Assembly: GCA_024679065.1 (NCBI GenBank)
Contig: JAGIQG010000010.1
Location: 18,042,001 to 18,106,000 of the forward strand
Direction: 5' to 3'
Length of the DNA stretch: 64,000 nt
Origin: Sphyrna mokarran
Lineage: Eukaryota
The notes beneath the pieces were generated by a model, which saw only the letters and a list, made by a program, of their open reading frames with translations, ran no database searches and had not been told where the DNA came from. This document shows, piece after piece, positions 1 to 12,356 of the stretch. The stretch's first letter is position 1. Each line of letters opens with the position of its first letter. The position numbers and the translations under genes were made by a program.

Positions 1-1129
1 CACCACAAACTTACACTTGCTTTTTTTAAATACCTCCAGATGCCCATGAACTCACACCTTCTTAGGGCATTGGAAGAACAGCAAGAACATATTGATGAAC
101 ATAGTAATGATAAAGATGTACTATCAATCTGATTTCACAGCCAGCAGCTCAGATGCTGGATGTATTTCCTGGAACACATGCTCACTATTATGGAGAGACC
201 AGTGCATTCCAGCTAGTTACTTGTGCATCACCACAGCATGCAGAATGTGTTGGCTGTGGTTGCAGCTTCCACTGCAATCGTTGCAGCTCATTTTGACAGA
301 CAAACGACCAAAATGAAAGCTCAGGTACCTGCCATGATATCTCTGGGCTCTGGAATTTGCAGCGAGTCTCTGATCTCTCGAGATCTACCCTCCACCAGAC
401 CGTGGATGGAGGCTCGTAACAGTTGTGTTGGGATCACGGAGCAGTGACCTCCTGACCTCTTTCAAATGTCAACATTGCCTCTCCCTGCCCTTTCACTGCA
501 CCATTCCTCTTGCTGTTGCCTGAGACTGTGGATGCCTATGCTGACATGGTGCGGTGTAAGGCAGTGCTATCATGACCTGACTGTCTCTCAAGGAAGTCAC
601 AGAAGGACATCTGAACTACCATGCATTCTCAGCAGACATCCACTATGCCTGCTGATGCCATTGGGTTTGCACTTTGTCAAAACATCGGATTACATAAGAG
701 CATTTGTTGTACAGTCACTTAATGTATGCAGGAGGGTGGATAGCTTAACATTTTTGAGTGAAGTTGTTTCCGTTATGTTTATATATTTTGTTTTTATGCA
801 GTGATTATGGTTGTTGACTAAAGGTAGAATTGCTGCTTTTTTTTATTGTGATCTTCACTTGGGAAGATTTGATATGAATGATGGACTGCCTGATGATGCC
901 TTTTTGTGAAAGAGACGAGGCGAGATCTACTATGGAAGCTCAAAAGGCCAAATGTCCTCTTTCTGCATTATGGGAATTCTATGTGACAACAATGCTCCTG
1001 AGTGCAACAAAGCACATGTCTCTCAAAGTGGTCTTCAATTAGATGGAGGGGCAAGTGTGCATCTCAGATACATCTGCCTGTCAACTTCCATGTCCATCTC
1101 CTTCTCTTCTTCCTTCTCTTTCTTTTCCT

Positions 1130-1850
1130 TGGTGTCATCCATTGGTGAATTGGTAGTGCTCTCACTCCTTAGTCACAAAATCCTGGGTTGCTCCAGGGCT
1201 TGAATACAAAAAGAATTAAAGTTCACTCTCAGTACTCAGAGAATAATACATGTTGGGAGGTGTTCTTGGTCTAATGAGACCCCATCTGCCTCCTCCAGTA
1301 GATGCAAAAGATCCTCTGCTTGGAAAAACAAGGAGTTATCCCCACTGCTCTGGCCAACATTCATCCCTAAATCAACATCATAAAAACAGATTATCTAGTC
1401 CTCATCAGACTGAGGTTAGTGGAGGCTTGCTTTCTGCAACTCTGCTGCCACATTTCCTAAGTAAAAGTTTGTTAGTGTCACAAGTAGGCTTACATTAACA
1501 ATGCAATAAAGTTATTGTGAAAACTGCTGACTTGGCATACTTCAATGCCTGTTCTGGTATACAGAGGGAGGATTTATCATGGCCAATGCACCTAACTAAC
1601 ACGTCTTTTAGACTGTAGGAGGAAACTGGCACACCTGGAGGAAATGCATGCAGAAACATCGCACAAATAGTGACTTAAGCCAAGAATCGAACTTGGGCCG
1701 TGGAGCTGTAAAGCAGTAGCGCTAACCACTGTGTCACCATGCCACCCTACATTATTACAACATTGACTTTTCAAACATACTGCATGGGCTATAAAGCACT
1801 TTCAATATCCAGAGGTCAAAAAAAGCTTTATATAAGTGCACAACTTCCAC
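1130..1850 (+). mobile_element. Deu-domain SINE (SacSINE1-like), split by a V-SINE at 1460-1747
   Basis: tRNA-like head (aattggtagtgctctc...), Deu-like core ctggccaacattcatccctaaatcaacatca...cagattatctagtc; sequence resumes after the insert as ctacattattacaac...ctttatataagtgca (L2-like tail). Confidence 0.7.
1460..1747 (-). mobile_element. V-SINE (HE1-related), tail type B
   Basis: reverse tRNA head (gcgctaaccactgtgtcaccatgccaccc), V core (catggccaatgcacctaac, ggaggaaactgg), tail gtcacaagtaggcttacattaac. Confidence 0.9.
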
Positions 1851-2674
1851 TTATTTCTCTTTTTGTGATCCCCAGCAAGGATTTATTTGTTCCTGTTCAG
1901 TGGTTGATGCTGGAAGAAGTAATTAAAAAAATACATCATTCACTCAAATGACATTCAGCTTCTATAACAAGCACCACCAGACAGTTTAATTGTCAACCAG
2001 ATCATTGTCAATACTCTAGACAATACATGTTAATGAAGTAAATAAATCAGTGAAATCATTTTTGAATCAAATCTTATCTCAAAGTTAATTTGAAATGTTT
2101 AAAAAGCATTTCAAAATATAATTAGAAACATATTTTAAAATTTAAACTGGTTTGCTGCAGGAATTAATTGTCATTTGTGTTCACCTTTGATCTGGAAGCA
2201 GAAAAATATGTAACTTATTCAAAATGTCTGTGGAATCTGTTATTGCTTTTAAGAATGTTTGAAAAAGACTTTTGATCAGTTACATCAATTATAAAAGACC
2301 TATTAAAATAATCTTAATTAGTAATGATCATTGGTATCTGGTAACCATGAACTTGGAAGCAATATCAACAGGAAGGTTGGTGACAAATAAGACCGTGTAA
2401 GTTATAGACATAAAGTAGAACTGCTGACAAAGGAAGGCTGCAGCAGGTGAAGAACAGAGAAGACACATATAGAAAGCCATTTGCAATTAAAAAGAAAGGC
2501 AGAAAACTGAAGAGTTGCTTGGAAAAAATTTGTGAATTGGAATTTGTGAATTCTACAGCCATCCATCAATTTTCTCAAGCTTTCAGATTGTTTAATGAGA
2601 TTTATTGAAGGTAAGATGAAGGAGTCTCTTGGGAATGCGTGTCTCTGAGATGTAGTGAACATAGCTGAGGAGGT

Positions 2675-2880
2675 TCAAATCTGTACAGGTTAGATGGATC
2701 AGCCATGCTAAATGGCACCTCAATGACCAAATGTATGTAGATAGAGTAGGCATGTTAAATGCACAGGTTACAAGATAGAGTCAGGGAAAGGGTTTGGAAT
2801 AGGCTTGGGTAAGATGCAGAGAGTCGGTGCAGACTCAGTGACCCAAATGGCCTCTTCTGCACAGTAGGGGGTCTATGGTT
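2675..2880 (+). mobile_element. V-SINE 3' half, CR1-type tail (type A)
   Basis: caggttagatggatcagccatgctaaat ... gcagactcagtgacccaaatggcctcttctgcac. Confidence 0.75.
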
Positions 2881-3119
2881 TTGCAAATTGAGTGCACTTA
2901 TGGTAACAACTGTCACTGAATAGAGTGCTGGTCCCATTGCAGGTAACCCAAGAAGCAAATTTATTGAGTGCAAAGGCTGAGAGATCCTACATTCAGGAGA
3001 CTGAGTTGGAAAGATTTTGAGATTAATTTGTGTGAAATAACACAAATGATTGCAATCTCCTGAGATAATTTTTGTTGTATTTTCATGCTTTTAACAGTTT
3101 TACCAAGACTAAATTGCCG

Positions 3120-3433
3120 GTTAATACACAATGGTTAGCATTGTTGCCTCACAGCCCCACGGATCCAGATTTGATTCCCAGCTTCAGCTATTGTCTATGT
3201 GGAGTTTGCACTTTCTCCACGTCTCTGGGTTTCCTCTGGATGCTTCGGTTTCTTCCCACAGTCCAAAGTCATGCGGATTAGATAGATTGGCCAGGCTAAG
3301 TTGCCCCTTAGTATCAGGAGGATTAGCCAGAGTAATTGCATGGGGTTATGGGGATAGGGCCTGCGTGAAATAGTGATTAGTACAGACTCAATGGGCTCAA
3401 TGGCCTCCTTCTACGCTGTAGCATTCTATGATT
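3120..3433 (+). mobile_element. V-SINE (HE1-like), near full length, tail A
   Basis: tggttagcattgttgcctcacagc head, gtggagtttgcac...ggtttcttcccacagtccaaag core, atggcctccttctacgctgtagcattctatg tail. Confidence 0.9.
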
Positions 3434-5400
3434 TTTAATTTATGTAGATTTGGATTCTTGTCAAAGTAAAAACTACACAAAGGTGGAATCTTTTTGGTAA
3501 TTTCTTCATGTGGGCTCATTTAGTAAATTTGGTTAGTTTGGATTACAGTTCCCCTAGGGCAATTGTAACACATTTATAATTCCTACTACTGTTTTGGCTG
3601 ATGGTTAAGAATTCAGAATTAACTGAAATTTAGAGATTTCAAGGTCACAGAGGAAAGACAGAATACAACATGCCTCTGATAATTAACGGACAGGTCCTTT
3701 GGATGAATAATGCTGCAATCTGACAGATTGGAGTGTGGAACGTAAATTGATACTAATTATGCATTTAACAGCAGTCATCAGAGGTAACCCACGTAGTAAA
3801 TGTGTTGAATACAGTCGAGTGTTCAGACATGAGTATAATTACCTGTCGACAGTATGTGACTGAAACAGCAAAGTTAAAGCTTTGCCAAAATGTCATAATA
3901 ACTTTAACATATGTAGAAAAGAAAAAGCTCATTACAGCTTTGCTGGTCATTAAACAGGAAATATGTTTCTTTTCAGAATATGTGCAGTTAGCAAATGTTA
4001 TCACAAGCACAGCAATTGAACAGTGCCTATACTGTGAGTCAAATAAATGGCCTTTGACAAAAGTGAAGTCATTCGATGAGGCGGTTGAGAAATATAACCT
4101 CTGATTTTCGCAAGTAAAGCTTTTCAGATTTGATTGATTTGAGTTGTGTTAAAAGTAGCCTCTACCTTTGAGGAAATTCCATAAATCACACAAGTGAATA
4201 ACTGTCAAGTCACAGTGTGAGACAAACTGGAATGCATCAGAATCAAGGATATGCAGATTTCTCAAACTATTAGCTAAATGACATGATGCACTACAATCAA
4301 AGTGAGTTTAAGTGTTTTGCATAAAGATCAATAGTTCAAGGAGACACAGCTGTCATATTTTATGGAGATAAAGACACTGATGGTCTTTTCAGTGATTCCT
4401 CCTAACTGCTGCTCTTACGAACACCGGTCAATTAACTCAACATGACAGATACATTCATAATCCAAAAGCTCTAACTAGACATCAGGGTAAAGGTATTTAC
4501 AGTACATTAGGAGGACTTTGTCCATATCACTTACCTATAAGATCAAACTGCTCTTTGTTCTTGTAGCCTGACTTCTTTAGTGACTCATACAAACAGCCCT
4601 TGGAATTCAAGTCATAAGATGCTGATTAGCAGTAAAGTGAAAGGCTTTACACTGAATGATCATCCCATAAAAGCAAACAGAAAAGAAACCCCGTAATGTT
4701 ATCTTCAAATTATTCACCACATCCACTTCAAGGAACTACATCTTCATGAGAACTGCTTTGATTTGTTTTTCTCAGAGAAATTGGGAGACCAAAAGTTCTT
4801 TTTGATACAATGTTACCAATCGCCACCACCACATTTTGGGGTAATTTTCCAGAGCTCCACTGCGATCAAAGTAATGCCAAATGTTGATTGTTGTTCAGCT
4901 GATTTGTTTTTCTGTGAACGTTTTAGGAAAAATCATTCTGCCAAGGTTGCTGTCAAATGAAACAGTTGTATCATTCAAAAAAAATCACTGAAATGTTTGA
5001 TTACTGAAGCAGAGAAATGAAGTAATCGTGTAGTGGGATAAAAAGGTTTGATCTATCTGTGACCCACTCAGAGGGTTAACTCAGGTTAACACTATTGGAA
5101 TGCAGATACTTTTAATTTAAAAACAGATCCCACTCTAGCCTGGAGTGTATTTCATTCTGAATACAAATTAGTGCAGTCTGCAATGCAGATAGTCCAAAGC
5201 CAAGCATGAATTTATACAAGTCACTGAAGAGTAATCTCTAGCAATTGTCTTCCAGAGCAAAATTTCATTTTGCAGCTACGTCAATTTGTAGAATCAAGTG
5301 GAAGGCAGAATCCCATTGATTTGGCTGTTACTTTGAACGATAAATGCCTTGCGCTAAGAATAACTGTGAGTTTATCTGATAAACGATGGATGCTAAACAT

Positions 5401-5549
5401 AGGCCAGAATTTTCCAGCCATTCTCCCCAGAGGGATCTTCTAGTTCCGTTGACAGTAAACCCCCGCCTGGGTTCCCCAGCAGCAGGATTTGCCAAGAATT
5501 GGAAATCCCATTGACAGCAGTGGAAACAGAATATCCTGCTGCTGCCCAA
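5401..5549. mobile_element. Short TIR element (Harbinger-like MITE), partial
   Basis: aggccagaattttcc terminus; internal aaatcccattgacagcagtgg is the reverse complement of the 14348 copy. Confidence 0.55.
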
Positions 5550-6911
5550 TAATGAGTCACTGCTGTTGCTGTGATATATACATGGAAAATCCCACCCAAT
5601 GTTTCATACAGAAGGCTGAATATAATGACAGCACACAGATGTTCAGCCAGCAATTGCACAGATTAACACATGACTCCACATCTGGGCATGCATTCATCTT
5701 GTTGAAGTATTTAACAAACTCGATTCCTGAAATGTGATTAAGTATCCTAAATTGTTCTTACTGTCCAAAACTTTCATAATAAATCTTGAATATCCCCAAG
5801 GTCTAAATATTCTCTTGGAATATGACTTATCTTAATGCCTTTTTACTATGATGCTTTGCAGCAAATGGCTATTGGCCAAAATGAACAATACCTTAAACAA
5901 TGCATGAATATATTCAAAATATCAGCATATGTGTCTTAAAATCATAATCACTTGTTTAAATCTTCAATAGTATTCTCACACATGTAAACTATTCTCTTGT
6001 TAGCTTATAAGCTTATTTTAAAACTCATTAAACTTAATGCTGGTAGTTCTGTCAGTGCCTTAATGTTTAATGGTTTAAAAATCTTACTAAACTATTAGGG
6101 TTCCCATTTACAGGCCAGTCCGCCACTCTCTACTGGGTGGATGGATGGTGTGCTGGTGACACAACCTCTGCCAGAAGTGCGACCTTCAGAATTTATTATT
6201 GAGCTGTATTTGCTCTCCCTCCAGATCAGGCTCTGTAGAGCCTTTAAGTGTGAGGCAATAGTGTTGAATTGGCTTTGTTTCTCTTCTGCATTTGGCAAAA
6301 ATCCTTTTGCTTTGCTCTCATATTTGGTGCACTTGCTGTGTAGTTTTTATTAAAAGGAGAATCTTTCTCTTTTTTTCTCCATACTTTATCAGCTTTCATT
6401 GTATTTATAGTCTCACCGTTCCTTCCTGTGACGTTATCTAGCTGTTTCTTTTAAGCAGTTATCCAGTTCATAGTTGATATATGTTCACTTACCTGATATG
6501 TTTACTTGTACTCGTCCCTTTCTCTCTCTCACTTTACCATCTTAATAATATGCTTCTTTACTTTTCAGATACAATCTAAAATTGTATTCATTCGATACAA
6601 GATCATGTTCCTGAGATATTTTGAACCTCCCTTTACTCTTTGCACATGATGATTAATGGACTGGAAAATATGAATTAACATAAAATAGCAAATATTCTGG
6701 AGGGATACACCCTCTAAGCATTTACTTGGGATGATATGAACAAAGGGCCTTCAAATAAAGATAGCACATGTAAGATCAATGACTCGGTTATAAATGACAT
6801 GGAAACTTGAGTCAAGATAACTGGATGTAAAATATTCAAATCTCCTGACAGATGATATTTAACTCAAAGTTTAGCAAAGCATTAAGGAAGAAGCTTTTGA
6901 ATGACCATGTG

Positions 6912-7230
6912 CAGCAGTTTGCATTGATGTTGCATCTTTTGGTTTAAAGTAGGAAGAAGTTCCAAGATGGTCTACATATTTGTAATCAGATCGAAGTTGG
7001 CAATGAGACAAAGCAGGAAATACTAGAAGAGATAACTCAAAGCTTAAGTCAAGAAAGTGTGTTTGGGGAAGGTTTGAAAGGAGATGGAGAGATAGAAAGA
7101 TTTAGGCTGGAACAAGAGTACATCTATGGAGTCTAGAGTAAAGTATACATTGTTATGAGGCCGTGATGATGTCAATGGTGTAAATGTGACAAAAAAATAT
7201 AGATAAATAAGGGATTCCCAGAGAACATAA
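6912..7230 (-). mobile_element. L2 LINE 3' end, degenerate
   Basis: cagtttgcattgatgttgcatctt terminus; aactcaaagcttaagtcaagaaag parallels the L2 at 14560. Confidence 0.55.
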
Positions 7231-7864
7231 TGCAGAACAATCTGTGTCTCAGAAAACATATAGTTATTCCAAAGTCTTGTAACTTAGATATATTGTTTTT
7301 AGAAAAAAAACTACACACTGGCTATGTCAAGTCACTCATAGACTAAGTTAAACCTCCATGAAACACAGAGGACTCTAAAGGTCATGGTGGATCTCTGCTG
7401 TTGGCTGGCTTGCTGTTAGATGTTATCTTGGTCTTGCAGTGCTGTTGATTGGGCCTTTCAGTCAGATATTTAATTGGCCTGCTTCTGCAGAAATTAATAA
7501 TTATCCCTCAACTCTCTTTGATTCTGCTCACTGCAGAATATCTCTCCTAAACTTCTGATTCTAGAAAATTAGCATCGATATGGCTGCCTGTTCTCTCAGT
7601 CATCTCAATAAACTTTCCTGATGGTGCGGCCATTTACAAATGATCTTTATGTGAATGTCTGTCAATCTCATTACTGGAAAAAGGTTGCATCTCATCAGTC
7701 CCTTTGAATAAGAGTTGCTGCAGATTCTCTCATGTTGCTAGATAGGTTACACCTCATCATAGCCTTTATTAATTCTGAGTTTTGTTTTTATCAGACAACT
7801 TCATGACTGGAACTCACTGCCTGATAGGATGATAGAGATGACAGATGAGCAATTGAAATGCCAC

Positions 7865-7975
7865 AGCATATAAAGATACTGACCAAATGCTGGAAAATGG
7901 GATTGGAATAGAGAGGTGCTAGATGGACATAATTAGCTGAAGGACCTTTTTGTGCTGTAAAATTCTGTGATCCTA
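7865..7975 (+). mobile_element. CR1 3' tail fragment
   Basis: caaatgctggaaaatgggatt...gctgaaggaccttttt gtgctgtaaaattctgtga. Confidence 0.6.
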
Positions 7976-7989
7976 TAAGCTCCAGACAA

Positions 7990-8410
7990 AGCAAGAGAAC
8001 ACTTAGAAAAGAATGGAGTGTCAAAAGTTGCTGAGAGGTCAAGAAATGTGAGAAGGAAAATGTAGAATAATGATAGTCACAAACGTTATGGCAGGAATAG
8101 GACTGTGACAGAATTTAAACATGGAAAAGATGAGCATGAATTTGAAAGGTGACAATACATCAAGGAGCACAGAGATGAAATTAAGATTATAGTGGTTGGT
8201 ATGTTGCAAGGATGAGTTTGAGGATAGGGATTTTGAGAAGGGATGATTAAGACAGCACTTAAAGCAAGAGACACCGAACAATAAAAGATAGAACAGCTAA
8301 TAAGACCAGGAAGGAAAATATGGCGGTCAGTAATTCAGTGGAAATGGGGTCAAAAGAGCCTGAGATAGACATTTTGAACACGATGAGCGAGAAAAAGACA
8401 TGACGATAGG
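7990..8410 (-). mobile_element. Old L2 RT fragment
   Basis: minus-strand translation near 8015-8050 gives FLDLSATFDT (L2 motif LLDLSAAFDT). Confidence 0.6.
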
Positions 8411-8460
8411 TCAAAGCAGCCTCACCCGATTTAGTGCTCCATTAACTTCAATAAAGATGA

Positions 8461-8652
8461 AGTCCAAATGTGTGCAGGTTAGGTAAATTGGCCATGCTAA
8501 ATTGCCCCTTAGCGTCCTGAGATACATAGATTAGAGGGATTAGCAGGGTATATATGTGAGGTTGCAGGAATGGGGCCTGAGTGGGATTGTTGTCGGTGCA
8601 GACTCGATGGGCTGAATGATTTCCTTCTGCACTGTGGGGTTTCTATGATTCT
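8461..8652 (+). mobile_element. V-SINE 3' half, tail A
   Basis: gtgcaggttaggtaaattggccatgctaaattgcccct ... gcagactcgatgggctgaatg...ttctatgattct. Confidence 0.9.
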
Positions 8653-9348
8653 TTAAAGAGCAGACAGTTGAGGCTGTGAGATTAAAAAAGGTTATGTAAC
8701 ACAAAGCTGCCCGATTAACATTGGGTCGGCTAGGTTAAGTTTTTTTACTTTACATACGGCATTAAAGTTCTACTTTGCAGCAACAATTTAAAATTCAAAA
8801 GTAACTGCATTCTCATGGCCTTGATATCTAAACTTAAGTTGCTCAGTCTGTTGCATAGGACCCAGTATCAGAGAGAAACGGTTGATTCATTCTGGTTGGA
8901 AGACAGACAGCTAAGGCAATTGGCTGTGAGTTTTCGAAACTGGTGTGACTCGCGTAGCATTTAAAAAGGTGCTTCTTGGCAAATTTTCTTCATTAATCTG
9001 ACCTCCCTGAATTGCTTTATATTAAACAAAATTGACTGGCAGGGAGGTTAATGGGAGTCAAATGAGAACAGGATCGATTACTCAAGGGATTTCTCTCAGA
9101 AGTTAACACAACTTGGGGCAATTAACAGCTGCTTGCTTTAGCCAGCACAAAGCTTTTAGTGGGAGTGAGGGTACAGGCAGGACTTCAGTATTAATAAGCA
9201 AGATAACAATTGCCGTTAGGCATGGAGGAATATATTAATGATCAATTAAATGTTAAAAAAAAATTGTTTGGGGGTAATTGGGCCAATTTCATCTTCATTC
9301 AAATTTGGAGTGAATCGGGAGATCTAAACAAGGCTGATGATTGACTAT

Positions 9349-9586
9349 TACAGTATCTTGGGAGGAGTGGCAACCACCAAGAGGAGCCATAAACTAATGG
9401 TTTATTAACTGTATAAAACTATGTACAGATAGTGAGATCTGTACAACCATTTACTTTGAATTAGGTTCCTAAACTGCCTGGGACAGCCCGCACTCAGCCC
9501 CAGGATTCGTGTGCTCCAGCACTACAGACCAAATGGGTCACATGATCCTCAGAAAGCCCCACCCATTAAAGGGGCTAGTAACCACA
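9349..9586 (-). mobile_element. Putative solo LTR
   Basis: flanked by actat direct repeats (9344-9348, 9587-9591); right end ...accaca; minus-strand AATAAA near 9401; left TG terminus not intact. Confidence 0.45.
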
Positions 9587-10177
9587 ACTATCATTCCTAT
9601 TCACTATTGCACAGTTGCAAGGTCCAGCCTGCTGTGCGTGGCATTTAATGTCCTTTCACATGGCAAGTTTGGTGGCATAGGGCAATTAATGAGGTGGGAG
9701 GATGGTTTGTGGGGACCTTACTGCCACGTTGTCTCCACTTGATTAAGTGTGTGGTGGGAAGGCCCAGGAAGAATCTTCCTGCTCCAGTGCCAACTGAGGC
9801 CCGAGGGTGGGCAAGTAATACCCACTTAATGGCCTCATCTGGCTACTGCTGGCGTTGACTGAGAGGTGGGCAGGAGGACTTGCCATATGGAGGGCATGAA
9901 AAGCTAAGCTAGGTGGGGTTACTTGCCGGCTGCTTGGAGGGTTTCGGTGGCTGGATGGTGGGTTGAGACAATGCAGAGCCCTCAAACAAAGACATTCAGT
10001 GCCTGATTAAGAGATCTAGAATATTGAAGGGATGTAGAGGGTTGAGAGGACACTGAAGGTCATACCCTGCCTTTGCTGCTGATAACCTATCCCATGGCCC
10101 AATGCTGTAAAAAACCCCTTCCATCATCACTCACCTGAGGCCGGGGATTTAGCTTCTGCTGATGTGACCCCCAGATT

Positions 10178-10420
10178 ATGTGAAGTTACTGTGAAAATCT
10201 CTGAGTCGCCACACTCCGATGTCTGCTTAGATGCACTGAGGGAGAATTTAACATGGCTAATGCAACTAACCAGCACATCTTTCAGATTGTGGCAGGAAAC
10301 CAGAGCACTCAGAGGAAACTCATGCAGATATGGGAAGAACATATAGATTCTGCTCAGACAGTGACCCAAGAAGAAATTGGCACTGTGAGGCAGCAGTGCT
10401 AACTATTGTGCCACTGTGCA
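10178..10420 (-). mobile_element. V-SINE, tail B (3'-truncated)
   Basis: gaagttactgtgaaaatc...gtcgccacactccg tail; ctgtgaggcagcagtgctaac head. Confidence 0.9.
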
Positions 10421-10685
10421 CGCTTAAAGAGAATCAGTTACACCTGGAAATGATATTCTGGTTTTGTTAGTTGAGTTTCCTTTAATGTTTTGATTTAGTT
10501 GCATTGCCCCACCAGGGCCTGTCATCCCTCTCATTTGTGCTTATTTTATTAATTGTTGTGTTTCATTATAAGAGTGTAGAGTCAGCTGTGGCTCTGGCTT
10601 ATTAGTTAAGAGGCAGAGAGCTGTAAAGTTGTATCCTGTGAATAAACATATTAGCAAGGAAAAGATCTGTGTCTGTTTTGTATTT

Positions 10686-11090
10686 CATCATGCGGAGATG
10701 CCAGCGTTGTACTGGAGTAAACACAGTAAGAAGTCTAATAAACCAGGTTAAAGTCCAACCAATTTATTTGATAGTAATCCCACAAGCTTTTGGAAATGGT
10801 GTTCCTTTGTCAGGTATGTGGAAGGTTCTGATCAGAGAAGGGCATATAAAGTCACACTCAGTTTCCAAAACACTGATTAAAATGCAACTCTTTACAGCTA
10901 ACCTGCTATTCAAGTCTTAAAGATGCAGACAATGTGAGTAGAGATAGCATTAGCATAGGTTAAAGAGATGTGTGTTGTCTCCAGACTGGACAATAAGTGA
11001 GATTTTACAAGCTTAAGCAAGTCATGGGGGGTTACAGATAGTGCAACATGAACCCAAGATCCCGATTGAGACTGTTTTCATGTGAGCTGA
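10686..11090 (-). mobile_element. Penelope-like element 3' end (pLTR region)
   Basis: collinear with 12357-12672 and 58935-59220: ggagatgccagcgttg...aagaagtc...ggttaaagtccaac; degenerate hammerhead near 10780-10818. Confidence 0.8.
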
Positions 11091-11919
11091 AGTTCTTACA
11101 GAATGGCAGTTGCACACATTAAGAAAGGTCAACACTAAAGTGTATGGTTTTACCCACCAGATCTGAATGTACACAGAGCAAAATGTTAACAAATCTGCCA
11201 TCTATAATCCACAGATCTAAGTGTAGACAATTTTTTTTTCTTCTGGCCCCACATCAATACCAGCTAATATGTTGCGATATGTACTGGAGAGAACTTACAA
11301 CCCATATGCTAGATTTGCAATGCAATCTTGTAGTTGTACATGTAGGTTACACCTTGACAGTAGAATAACCACCCAAAATGCATGGCTCAGTCAAAAGGAG
11401 ATGTTTTCCTGAAGCATTTTCTGGCATTATACTTCGAGTTACAATATTTTTGAACAATGTATGGCTTGCAACATACTTTGTAGTCTGTGAGGCCCACTTT
11501 TTGCCAACAGAAAATATACTGATTAATCTTTTATATAAAAAAAATTCACTTTCATGGGTTTAAATTTTTTGATAATATCTCAGATGGAAACTGATTTGAA
11601 AGTTGTTCTCACAAGCACATTCTTGTCAGAACATTACTGGATCAAAAATACTCCTTCCACAAGCACTGTGTAATCAAAATCTATACCAGCTTCATAAAAT
11701 ATGAATGTACTTGTGAATGCAATATCTTAAAAATATAACAGTAACCAAAATAAATAAGCTAATTGAGGATATATTCTCTTGGCCAATTCTTTCAGACAGT
11801 AACTTCAGAATGACCAATTATCGAAGCAATAATGGGAAAAGGAGTAACTTGTTAGATTGTGCATAAAGAAATTGTGAGCTTCAGGATAAAATTAGCTTCA
11901 GATTGATCTTTGTGTATCA

Positions 11920-12184
11920 AACACCCAAGGAGAGATGAGGAGAATTATTTTTATTCATTGAGATGCTATGATTTAGAATTTACTGCGTAATTCAATCATA
12001 ACTTTCAAAAGAAAATTTGTTATTTCCCAGACGGATTTTGGGTTTGTTCATATAGAATAGGCCAGTGAGAAATGGTTCTATAGGTGCAGGTCAGTGGAAC
12101 CAGGGAGAAAAATAGTTCAGCAAAGCCAAAAAGGGCCAACAGACCTGTTTCTGTGCTATAATGTTCTATGGTTCTATGATTCTA
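11920..12184 (+). mobile_element. CR1 3' end fragments
   Basis: gagatgaggagaattattttt... and tail gacctgtttctgtgctataatgttctatggttctatgattcta. Confidence 0.6.
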
Positions 12185-12356
12185 AATCAAATACATCATA
12201 AGGACCAAGTACTTACTCTTTAAGCTCATGGGATGTGGGTGGCAAGTGACTGCTGCAGAGCAGGCGGCTTGCATTTTTGTGAGTAATAAAAATGAGGCAA
12301 ACTAAATATTCACATGAAAACAGAGGGTGTGGTGAAAATAGTTGGAGAATACTTTG

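Noticed and set aside
10486-10685. Solo LTR (also 26859-27120 and 30610-30964)
   Set aside because: AATAAA (and a TATA-like box in two of them) is present, but I could not find matching TSDs or intact TG...CA ends.
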